From the IMG/VR virus record IMGVR_UViG_3300025806_000014, positions 1 through 64,000 of that record: a stretch of DNA of 64,000 nucleotides; one strand, given 5' to 3'. Position numbers and translations under genes: made by a program. This DNA is from a virus. Below are positions 21,513 to 29,737 of this stretch, piece by piece. The notes below the pieces were generated by a model. That model worked only from the letters and a program-made list of their open reading frames with translations, was not told the origin of the DNA and did not search any database. Within the stretch, counting starts at the first letter, position 1; each line of letters opens with the position of its first letter.

Positions 21513-21961
21513 TAGTATTCTTTATCGTCTAAACTTATTCTATTACGAATAGCAAATGCTAAGTTATCACATGTCTTTATGCATTCTTGGTAATAGTCCA
21601 TATGAGATTGTAGCATTTCCATTTGTGTTCTTAAATGAGATAAGTCAGCTTTAATAAAAGCAACCTTTTCACCACTTGTTAATTTAACATCATAATCAAT
21701 TGAATATTCTCTATACTTGATTTTATAGTATCTGTCATATGCACCTTGTCTTTTTTGTTTTGTAGTTTTAAAATCAGTAATTTTATCCAATAGGATTTGT
21801 CTATAAGATAACATATTTACTTGGCACTCGGATAAATTGCGAACTTCTTTTAGTAAACCAACCAAGTGGCTTATCTTTTCTTTCCAATCATCTCTATCTT
21901 TAGCTAATCTTTTTGCTAATTCTTCATTAGCCTCACCTGTTGCCATGTCATTATACTCCAT
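21512..21961 (-). CDS. uvsY: UvsY-like recombination mediator
   Basis: Helical 149-aa protein with FIKADL...DNLAFAIRNRI, adjacent to uvsW as in T4-like phages. Confidence 0.65.
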   Translation of the reverse strand: MEYNDMATGEANEELAKRLAKDRDDWKEKISHLVGLLKEVRNLSECQVNMLSYRQILLDKITDFKTTKQKRQGAYDRYYKIKYREYSIDYDVKLTSGEKVAFIKADLSHLRTQMEMLQSHMDYYQECIKTCDNLAFAIRNRISLDDKEY

Positions 21962-22183
21962 TTAAAATATACCTTTATCTTTATTAATCTTTTTAAAACC
22001 CTTTACTTTAGGCTGAAACTTCTTTTTAGGTGCTGGTATAGAAAAATTAGTTTTAACTTCATCTAATTCAGATTTACCAAATGTAGAAAAAAGTTTTAGT
22101 CTTTTACTATTACTTTCTAAATCTTTATAAAAGTCATCTATTTCTTCATTCACAAAATTATTATAATTTTTTAAACTCATCAT
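21962..22183 (-). CDS. Hypothetical protein (73 aa)
   Basis: Fills the gap between primase and uvsY; starts MMSLKNYNNFVNEE. Confidence 0.6.
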   Translation of the reverse strand: MMSLKNYNNFVNEEIDDFYKDLESNSKRLKLFSTFGKSELDEVKTNFSIPAPKKKFQPKVKGFKKINKDKGIF

Positions 22184-23253
22184 ATAAAAATAATATCTAA
22201 TGAATCCTTTGTAAAATATTTATCCAGGTCACCTAAGCACCCAGATCTATTACTGTATTCCCATTTAACTAAATCATTTAAATCTTTAACCTTTCTTGAT
22301 GGAATGTCAAAATCCTTTAAAAACTTATCCCACATAAATACAGTTTGACCACCCTTAAGTTTTTCAATCATTCTTGTTTTACCTTCTAAATCATTATCAA
22401 AGAAATATCTTGCTGTAGGTATTTCATTAAATTCAATAATTTGTTTTTTAACTCCAGTTAAACCAATAGAGTTATTCATAAACATTGCATCAATAGGACC
22501 TTCAAATATTGAAAAATCTCGAGACATATCAACAGTTAAGATTCCAAATAACATTGATATCTTATTTAGGTTATCTAATTCTTCTTCGGTAACTTTTAAT
22601 GGTAATTTTAATCTGTCATAAATTCTTTCTATATTCCAAGTTTTATATTTAGGACCACCACTACCACCTAAGTCTCTAGTTTGGAATCCTAATATTTTAC
22701 CTTCAGGTGTTAAATTAAAAACATATAGTTCTCTACGCCTTGGGTCAAAACCAAACCTTTCAGTTTTATGATGGAGAAGCCTACTCTTTAAATAAGGATA
22801 TGCTTGGTATGTTAAAGTATTAATTGGATATACATTAAAACCTAAAGCTATTTCATCAAAAGTTAATGCTAATTCTTTTGCTTTATCAAAAAGATAAAAA
22901 TCTAAATTTTCTCCTAATGAAAAATGTTTACGATTTTCCTTAATATAATTAATAACATTAATTCTATCATCGCCTTCGAAGTTTTCATTATGTTCTGCTA
23001 AGAATACATCTAAGGAAGCATGAGCTGAACAATTATAACAATGAAAGTATAAATCATTCCAATAAATATTTCCTCTCTTTTTTCTTGGTGTATCATGAGA
23101 ATCACCACAGTAAGGGCATGCAAAATTTAACCTACCTTTACTCTCCAATATTCTTCTCTTCTCTGGATGAGTATGATTAGTATGAAGAACTCGGACTACC
23201 TTATCGATAATCCGAGCTTTCATTTCAGAAGATATTATTACTTCCTCTGCCAT
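22180..23253 (-). CDS. gp61: T4 gp61-like DNA primase
   Basis: Zn ribbon CPYCGDS...HCYNC; TOPRIM FEGPIDAMF, FFDND, KDLND. Confidence 0.93.
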   Translation of the reverse strand: MAEEVIISSEMKARIIDKVVRVLHTNHTHPEKRRILESKGRLNFACPYCGDSHDTPRKKRGNIYWNDLYFHCYNCSAHASLDVFLAEHNENFEGDDRINVINYIKENRKHFSLGENLDFYLFDKAKELALTFDEIALGFNVYPINTLTYQAYPYLKSRLLHHKTERFGFDPRRRELYVFNLTPEGKILGFQTRDLGGSGGPKYKTWNIERIYDRLKLPLKVTEEELDNLNKISMLFGILTVDMSRDFSIFEGPIDAMFMNNSIGLTGVKKQIIEFNEIPTARYFFDNDLEGKTRMIEKLKGGQTVFMWDKFLKDFDIPSRKVKDLNDLVKWEYSNRSGCLGDLDKYFTKDSLDIIFI

Positions 23254-23258
23254 ACTTA

Positions 23259-24182
23259 TTAAAGATCTAAACCATTAATGAAATCATCAAAGTCATCTTT
23301 CTTTTCTTCACCTTTTACAGGTTCAGCCTTAGGAGTTTCCTTTGTTTCAGTTGTTGCTTTAGTTGCAGCAGCTTCAGTAGCTTGTGTATTTACTGGTGCC
23401 GGTTTTGATCTTGTGATGTTTTGAATTGAATCACCTGGTGATGTGAATTGAGATAATACATTCATTACCTTTCCTCTTACTATATCATCCCATGCTTTAT
23501 AACCCCATGTTGATAAATCTGGTGCAGTACCTAACAACTCTAAAATTGCCTTACGGCTTTCATCACTGTTTGTAACCGCTTCACCTTCAATTGTCATTGG
23601 AGATTTATTTCCGTGGAATTTACTAGAATCATAATTTGGAAAACCACCTTTCTTTGAAATTACTAATTCAAAATTCTTGCCTTCAAAAGGATCGAATACT
23701 TGAGTAGGTTCATCAAATTGTGGATTCAGTTCTTCATCAATTTTAGTTTTGATTTTATAACCAAACTTCATGATTTTAACCTGCCCTTCAAGATCTCTGT
23801 TTTGTGGATCTTTTATGATTTGTACCAATGCATAGAATACTTCTCTACGCTTTAAACCTTCTGACATCTTTTTGTCTACAGCAGATTCAGAGTTTCTTAG
23901 TTTAAAGAACATATCCTGTACAGGACATTTTTCTCCAACCGTTGATGGTGAATCAGCATAAAAGCCGTTTCCCTCTCTGTCTTCTAACCAGTAGACATAC
24001 TTTCTTTCAAATGGTTTTCTTGGGTTTTTAGCATTAGGTAGAAACCTAATTAAAGAACGGTAAGTTCCGTCCTGTCCTTGATCTGGTTTAGGTGAATAAA
24101 GATCACTCCCTGCGGAAGATGGTCTTTCACCAGTGTCTAAATCTTTTACACTTACGTTAAAAATGTCGAATTCATTTGCCAT
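23259..24182 (-). CDS. gp32: T4 gp32-like single-stranded DNA-binding protein
   Basis: LIRFLP, GEKCPV, FGYKI, FDPFEGKNF, NYDSSKF and an acidic tail (DDFDDFINGLDL). Confidence 0.92.
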   Translation of the reverse strand: MANEFDIFNVSVKDLDTGERPSSAGSDLYSPKPDQGQDGTYRSLIRFLPNAKNPRKPFERKYVYWLEDREGNGFYADSPSTVGEKCPVQDMFFKLRNSESAVDKKMSEGLKRREVFYALVQIIKDPQNRDLEGQVKIMKFGYKIKTKIDEELNPQFDEPTQVFDPFEGKNFELVISKKGGFPNYDSSKFHGNKSPMTIEGEAVTNSDESRKAILELLGTAPDLSTWGYKAWDDIVRGKVMNVLSQFTSPGDSIQNITRSKPAPVNTQATEAAATKATTETKETPKAEPVKGEEKKDDFDDFINGLDL

Positions 24183-24321
24183 GTTAATTGCCTTTTTTTG
24201 TTATTATTAATTTATGATAACAAACTCCGTATCTAAACGCCTTTTAATTTTTTATTGCCTATTTACTTCGCCTTGTTATCGCCTTTTAAAAAGTACCAAT
24301 ACTTTATTGATTCCTTTGTTT

Positions 24322-24351
24322 ATTATATATCCCCTAAGTCAGTTTGTTTCA
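24322..24351 (-). promoter_or_regulatory. Putative promoter TGAAAC-N18-TATAAT for gp32
   Basis: Minus strand CTGAAACAAACTGACTTAGGGGATATATAAT. Confidence 0.55.
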
Positions 24352-24633
24352 GACTATTTTAACATTTTTATCTATTATTGCAGTTACATCACGTTCTCTT
24401 ATACTTAATACTGTTTCTCCTTTATATTTAAATTCACTACCAGCTAAATCATGAAAAAGTATTTTAATTCCTATTTTAAAATCTTTATCTTCTACCCCAT
24501 CTCCTACTCCAGTGATTGTACCTGAATACGGAGGTGCAAACATCCCTTCTTTTTTTAGTAAAATTATACTGCCTTGCTTCTCTGGTTGCTCATCTTTTTT
24601 TAAAAATATTCTATTTCCTAAAGGTTTTATCAT
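24349..24633 (-). CDS. groES: GroES/Cpn10-like co-chaperonin
   Basis: MIKPLGNRIFLK...GTITGVGDG...RERDVTAII. Confidence 0.9.
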   Translation of the reverse strand: MIKPLGNRIFLKKDEQPEKQGSIILLKKEGMFAPPYSGTITGVGDGVEDKDFKIGIKILFHDLAGSEFKYKGETVLSIRERDVTAIIDKNVKIV

Positions 24634-24660
24634 TTTATTTTAATTTTTTTTATAGAAAGC

Positions 24661-24690
24661 TGAAACAATGTTAACATGTTGCAATATAAT
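24661..24690 (+). promoter_or_regulatory. Putative plus-strand promoter TGAAAC-N18-TATAAT, antisense to the RuvC-like gene
   Basis: tgaaacaatgttaacatgttgcaatataat; same boxes and spacing as the gp32 promoter. Confidence 0.45.
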
Positions 24691-24718
24691 TTTTAACTAT
24701 TCAGAGTAAGAAAAGTAT

Positions 24719-25378
24719 CTAATTGTTAGCCTTCAGGGCTTTAAGTATAAAGTAGGCATCAACGATGTCATCGATAGGTTTAGGTATTTTAATGCTGAAG
24801 TCTTTTCCTTGAGTCCATTTCCAAAGTTTAGTGCTCCTTAAGTTCTTATCATTAAGGACATCATCTTGGAATGCTTTAGCCATATAATGTTTATTTGCAT
24901 TTCCTTTCCCAGCAAGTTTCTTAACATGAGATGGTTGAAAGACAGATAAATTTTCTATAGAATACTTATCTATTAATTCTTTTCTTAAAAAAGTATTGTA
25001 CTGAATAATGTCTATAAATGAATTACCCTTGGAGCCATAAGAAAATCCTTCTAATGCAACTGCTACCTTATCACCTTCAAATAAGGTTGAAAATATATTA
25101 ACCATAAGTGAGCTAATATTTCCTGCATCCTCTAACTTCTGTCTCTCTCTAGGTAAAAACTCTTTACTTGTAACTTCTCTATTATAAGGAAATCCTAATA
25201 AAGCATTATCATCCATTAATTCTTTGTGTACACTGAATGCTTTAGGTATTTTTCTACCTTCTTCATCCCATATACGATTTCCGTAATTAAAAAAAGTTAT
25301 AAAGTGATATTTGCCATCGGCTGTTTCAACGCAGGCACCAGGACTATTTAATGAAAAGTCAATTCCTATGTGAATCAT
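24719..25378 (-). CDS. RuvC-like Holliday junction resolvase (RNase H fold)
   Basis: IGIDFSLNSPG, ALEGFSYGS, PSHVKKLAGKGNANK, DDIVDAY. Confidence 0.85.
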   Translation of the reverse strand: MIHIGIDFSLNSPGACVETADGKYHFITFFNYGNRIWDEEGRKIPKAFSVHKELMDDNALLGFPYNREVTSKEFLPRERQKLEDAGNISSLMVNIFSTLFEGDKVAVALEGFSYGSKGNSFIDIIQYNTFLRKELIDKYSIENLSVFQPSHVKKLAGKGNANKHYMAKAFQDDVLNDKNLRSTKLWKWTQGKDFSIKIPKPIDDIVDAYFILKALKANN

Positions 25379-25383
25379 TCTAA

Positions 25384-25740
25384 TTATATTCTCTTGCCGA
25401 TAACTGCACCTAGCGCAGCACCTACAAGACGTGAGGTTAATAAATCATACAGAACACCTTTAGTAACACCTAATACTTTAGCCACAGCTTTACCTATAGT
25501 TTTTCCTAATGCAAAACCAGTTAAACCACCAAATATACTTCCTAATAAACCTTCATTGATTATCTCCTCAACACAGTCTTCTAAATTCTTACCTTCTTTT
25601 TGAGCTTCAAGAATTCGTTCTACTGCCATATCAATTGCAGCATCTTGTTCTTCTGTTAAATCATGAGATTCATTTAATAAATCTTCTATGTTTAAAGAAT
25701 CTTCTTTATTTTCAATTAGGTAATCTTTAAATGTTTTCAT
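25384..25740 (-). CDS. Glycine-zipper protein with an acidic propeptide, probable internal virion protein
   Basis: MKTFKDYLIE start; acidic half ends at INE, followed by GLLGSIFGGLTGFALG...LVGAALGAVIG. Confidence 0.65.
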   Translation of the reverse strand: MKTFKDYLIENKEDSLNIEDLLNESHDLTEEQDAAIDMAVERILEAQKEGKNLEDCVEEIINEGLLGSIFGGLTGFALGKTIGKAVAKVLGVTKGVLYDLLTSRLVGAALGAVIGKRI

Positions 25741-25764
25741 TGGTGTTCTTTATTTGTTTATATA

Positions 25765-26319
25765 TTAGTCTATGTTAACTACGACATCTAATACATTATA
25801 TCCAAATGTTATATCAAAGGTTTGAAATTCTATCGTGTTACTTGAAAAATTTAAATCTAATGCACCTACTTCAGAGATAAACATATCTTTTAATTGCACA
25901 GTAACAAATATAGTTCCATCAGCATCTAACATTTGAACGCCTACACCTTCTGGTAAATATGGATGTTTTCCACTTAACTTATAGTAATAGTCAAACATTT
26001 CAATTGCCATCCAATAATTTACATAGCCATCAAATGCTTGCATAGTAACTGTCATTGTTTTATCAAATAATTGTTGCTTAGGTATACTTGATCTAAATGC
26101 ACGTTGATTTCCTGGGTAATCTACTTGGGTAACTGCATCAAAAGAAGGTCCTGGTAAATTAAGAGATTGAATTCCATAATTCCAATAATCTATAGGTTCT
26201 TTGATTATTCCGCCAGGTATTCTTGTAAGAAAAGGTTTATACTTTTTAGCAATTGGCTCAGGTATAAAATTTCTAGGGAAATCAAATTTAAATTGATTAT
26301 TTCTTGCGCTTAATATCAT
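25765..26319 (-). CDS. Tail tube-fold protein, gp3-like tail completion protein
   Basis: IQSLNLPGPS, LKDMFISEVGALDLNF, FDITFGY pattern of the gp3/gp19 family. Confidence 0.65.
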   Translation of the reverse strand: MILSARNNQFKFDFPRNFIPEPIAKKYKPFLTRIPGGIIKEPIDYWNYGIQSLNLPGPSFDAVTQVDYPGNQRAFRSSIPKQQLFDKTMTVTMQAFDGYVNYWMAIEMFDYYYKLSGKHPYLPEGVGVQMLDADGTIFVTVQLKDMFISEVGALDLNFSSNTIEFQTFDITFGYNVLDVVVNID

Positions 26320-26328
26320 GATTAATTG

Positions 26329-27327
26329 TTAATATGTATTTCTATCTGGATCAAATCCATTTCCTGGTCTACCATCAAATAAGTCAGGCTTAATCATAGA
26401 TCCAACTGAAGTTCTTCCAATAGTAAAATTCTGTAAATTCTTAGCTGCATTTCTAAAAAAGAATCTCTGTTTAGATTTAGTTTGTGCAACTATTGCTTTC
26501 TTCTTTGAAGCCATTATTTGTTGCTTTCTTAGTTTTTGTCTATTAGCAGCTGCTTGTGCCTCTTTGGCTCTACGGTTGATTAATTCTATAGTAGTGGACT
26601 TTAAGTCTTTAGATAATTCTGCTATTTCATTTGTTAATTCTTCATTACTATTTTGTAATCTTATTATAGTAGCATCATCTTCTTCACCTGAATTAATTAA
26701 TTCAGCATTTTCTGCTTTTAATCTAGTGTTTTCATCTTGTAACTTTGCTAATAATATACTATATTCTACTCTCATTTCCTCAATCTGTCTAGTAAGAGAT
26801 ATTCTATTTGCATCATCTACAGCTAGCCATATACCTTGATATAAAACTGATTCATCAGATGTAGATCCATCTTCACGATCAACCATTCTTGTAGATATGT
26901 AAAAATTATTGTTAGATAATGCTAGTATTTTTTTACTATCTGACCTAGTAATTCTAAAAAGTACCTCGCCTTTTGATAAATCTATTTCATCAACTTGAGT
27001 ATGGTTAAGTATATCAATTTCATCCTCTTCACCAATAAAGTTTAAATATAAATCACCTACATTACTTAAATCAATAGGAGTGTCCTCGCCATCAACTTCA
27101 TCAAACATTGTAAAAAGATAATAATCATCGAATAAAGATATTCTAATTGTACCATCACCTGAAGGTAAAGGCATTTCATTAACTGAAAGATTAACAAATT
27201 TTTGATAAAATTCCTTTTCAGTTTTAGTTAATGATATATTAGTTCTTACACCACCAACTACCTGTTTAGTTTTAGCTTTCTTTTGTATTTGTTCTGCTTG
27301 TGATAATTTACTCTGTCTCGCTGCCAT
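26329..27327 (-). CDS. Hypothetical protein with a C-terminal coiled coil (332 aa)
   Basis: Long ORF with a heptad-rich C-half; overlaps the upstream gene by 20 nt. Confidence 0.7.
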   Translation of the reverse strand: MAARQSKLSQAEQIQKKAKTKQVVGGVRTNISLTKTEKEFYQKFVNLSVNEMPLPSGDGTIRISLFDDYYLFTMFDEVDGEDTPIDLSNVGDLYLNFIGEEDEIDILNHTQVDEIDLSKGEVLFRITRSDSKKILALSNNNFYISTRMVDREDGSTSDESVLYQGIWLAVDDANRISLTRQIEEMRVEYSILLAKLQDENTRLKAENAELINSGEEDDATIIRLQNSNEELTNEIAELSKDLKSTTIELINRRAKEAQAAANRQKLRKQQIMASKKKAIVAQTKSKQRFFFRNAAKNLQNFTIGRTSVGSMIKPDLFDGRPGNGFDPDRNTY

Positions 27328-28690
27328 TGGTTTGTGTTATTGTTTGAATTTTAACTGGAGAAATTGCAGCTTTAACTTTTATTCTATCCCTAAAGGTAGT
27401 TACATAACTAGTTTTTACTACTAATTTCTCTACAATTTGCTCAGTGGTATCTACATTAAGTGTTTCTGCACCACTACCACCACCGACTACAATTTGTTTT
27501 CCCGTATCATTATTAATTCTATTATATACATTAGCAACCGTTGGTACTACTCCTAAGTTAACTTGTATCATATTAGGTCCATAAATCTGTGGTTCAAATG
27601 ATGTTAGCTTAGCATTTTTAATTATCTGTGTAGCATCAGCTTTATTGTATAATCTTAATACATAATTTATAGAAAATGAAACGGCTTTATTTGCATTCTT
27701 AATAATAGGCCTAAATAATACAGGTTCATCAAATTCAGTATCTTGAGTTATAACTTGAAAACTAGTCTGTGTAAATACTTGCCCAACCTGTTCTGTAACA
27801 CTTATTTCATGAAATACTACATACTGTCCACCGGAAGAATTTAACTGTGCAATAAAATTACTAAAGGTAGATCCTGTTACTTGCCCTGATAATTCAAAGT
27901 AATCACCATTATCTGATTGAATTACTTGTGCATATAAATTATCATAGATATCTCTACTTAATATGGAAACCGAATTGATTTCTTGCATTTCATAAAAGCT
28001 ATACGCGTTTTCAACGATAGTTTGATAAATACCGGTTGCTCTTAGTGTAATTGGTGGAGTACTTAAAAATCCTTGTCCTTCAGTTATTTTATAAGCTACT
28101 CCATTAGGTTGAGATGCACTAAATAAATTATTCATAAAATATAGTGAAGGTACTCGCCATTCAATATAAGTAGCATAAAGCTTATCAGCTAATAAGAGTG
28201 GTTCTGGGCTAAACGTTGGTGTATCGGTTTTAAGAAAATTAATCGATGCCAGGTTTAACATAACATTATCTCTCCTAGGAGCTAATGCTTCAAATACAAT
28301 ACCATCAAATCCTTCAAAATTAAATCCAGCTACAAAATGTATTTTTATTTTATCATAAGCTACATCTAATTCTGGACTAAATGTTTGTAAAAGATCTGCA
28401 CTATCAGTTAATGCTGAACTAAAATCATTATAAGGAACACCAATGTCTGTGTCCAATGAAACATACTGAGTTTTAGTAGCATTGTTAGATGCAGCTGATA
28501 TATCTCTATAATTACCCATCACAGCAGAAACACTATCTGTATTAAAGAAATAAGTTCCTTTAGTATTAGTATCTCTCATAAGCTCAATAGGGTACGATGC
28601 TGTATTAAACGTAGTAGGCGTTGCCTGACTAGTATACACATACTCTATAAGTATTTGCTCAGATATTTGTATAAACCTTGATGATTCCAT
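27308..28690 (-). CDS. Hypothetical, probably structural protein (460 aa)
   Basis: Long ORF, beta-rich composition, preceded by an AATAAATA box. Confidence 0.7.
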   Translation of the reverse strand: MESSRFIQISEQILIEYVYTSQATPTTFNTASYPIELMRDTNTKGTYFFNTDSVSAVMGNYRDISAASNNATKTQYVSLDTDIGVPYNDFSSALTDSADLLQTFSPELDVAYDKIKIHFVAGFNFEGFDGIVFEALAPRRDNVMLNLASINFLKTDTPTFSPEPLLLADKLYATYIEWRVPSLYFMNNLFSASQPNGVAYKITEGQGFLSTPPITLRATGIYQTIVENAYSFYEMQEINSVSILSRDIYDNLYAQVIQSDNGDYFELSGQVTGSTFSNFIAQLNSSGGQYVVFHEISVTEQVGQVFTQTSFQVITQDTEFDEPVLFRPIIKNANKAVSFSINYVLRLYNKADATQIIKNAKLTSFEPQIYGPNMIQVNLGVVPTVANVYNRINNDTGKQIVVGGGSGAETLNVDTTEQIVEKLVVKTSYVTTFRDRIKVKAAISPVKIQTITQTNGSETE

Positions 28691-28704
28691 TCTATTCTAT
28701 TTAT

Positions 28705-29490
28705 TTACCATTGCAAAAGCTTTGGGTTCCAAGAAATTCCTATTCCGATGTATGGTCCAAAATTACCATCACCAGTAATTCCCATTCCCATATTAACACC
28801 TAATCCAAAAGGTTTTCTATTTTTCATTTGTATACTTTTAAACTCAGGACTATTTTGATCAATCATAATTCCCTGAGTATTATTAAATGTTGTACCAGGA
28901 TAATCAGAAGTTAATTTAATAAAAACTTCCTTTGTATTTAAGTCCTGTGACAGCGTAGCATCTAACCATATATTTTGTTTCAATCCTATGGTAGCAGAAC
29001 CGAACATTAAACTATCAGTAAATGTATAAGGTAAAGATACATCAATTAATCTTGAGCTTTTTTCCCAATCACTTTTAGAATTAAAACTTAATACCGATTT
29101 AAACTCCACACCATCTTGTTTAACAACAGTGTCTTTTGATTTGACTGGAACTTCTACTATTCTTTCTTCTACGATTGTTTTGTATTTTACAATTGTTATA
29201 GGAGGTCTATTCTTTTCAAATTCTAAACTATCTCTTAATTCTTCTAAGGATAAATTAAGACCTTTTATTTCACCAACTGATTCTCCATTTTCATTTACAT
29301 AATTACGAATGGTATCATTAGCTGCCTCAAGATTATTTTGAAACCTAGTAACTTCACCCTTTGCCTGTTCAGTTTCATTGCATTGCCTAACTAGTAAAAA
29401 TAATAACACTATGATTCCTCCCAATAAAAACATCCTAGTGTTCTTTGGGTCTGTTAGAATACCAAGAATATTTTTAATAATTAAAATCAT
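28705..29490 (-). CDS. Putative spanin-like envelope protein
   Basis: N-terminal hydrophobic helix ending in QC, a coiled coil, and C-terminal FGLGVNMGMG...PYIGIGISWN beta-hairpin. Confidence 0.5.
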   Translation of the reverse strand: MILIIKNILGILTDPKNTRMFLLGGIIVLLFLLVRQCNETEQAKGEVTRFQNNLEAANDTIRNYVNENGESVGEIKGLNLSLEELRDSLEFEKNRPPITIVKYKTIVEERIVEVPVKSKDTVVKQDGVEFKSVLSFNSKSDWEKSSRLIDVSLPYTFTDSLMFGSATIGLKQNIWLDATLSQDLNTKEVFIKLTSDYPGTTFNNTQGIMIDQNSPEFKSIQMKNRKPFGLGVNMGMGITGDGNFGPYIGIGISWNPKLLQW

Positions 29491-29720
29491 TTTATATACT
29501 TCATTAACTTATTAGGTGTTACTTCAGTAGCTCCATATTTTTTTGCAATTTTATCAATAAACTTTTTTTCTTTAAGTTTCATTCCGTCTACTTCTTCAAA
29601 TAGACCATCTCTTTTCTTTGCTAAACTCTCAATACTTTTTTGCATTAAGTCTAAGGAAAGTTGAATTTCCCTGTACCTACTTACATATCCATTAAGTTCT
29701 TTTATTTCTTTCTTTGTCAT
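29487..29720 (-). CDS. Small coiled-coil hypothetical protein
   Basis: 77-aa helical ORF with ATGA overlap to the downstream gene. Confidence 0.65.
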   Translation of the reverse strand: MTKKEIKELNGYVSRYREIQLSLDLMQKSIESLAKKRDGLFEEVDGMKLKEKKFIDKIAKKYGATEVTPNKLMKYIK

Positions 29721-29737
29721 TTTAAGTTAATTAATTA

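Noticed and set aside
24214-24408. 64-aa plus-strand ORF over the gp32 leader
   Set aside because: Wrong strand for the region, overlaps groES and the gp32 promoter, and has no protein-like features.
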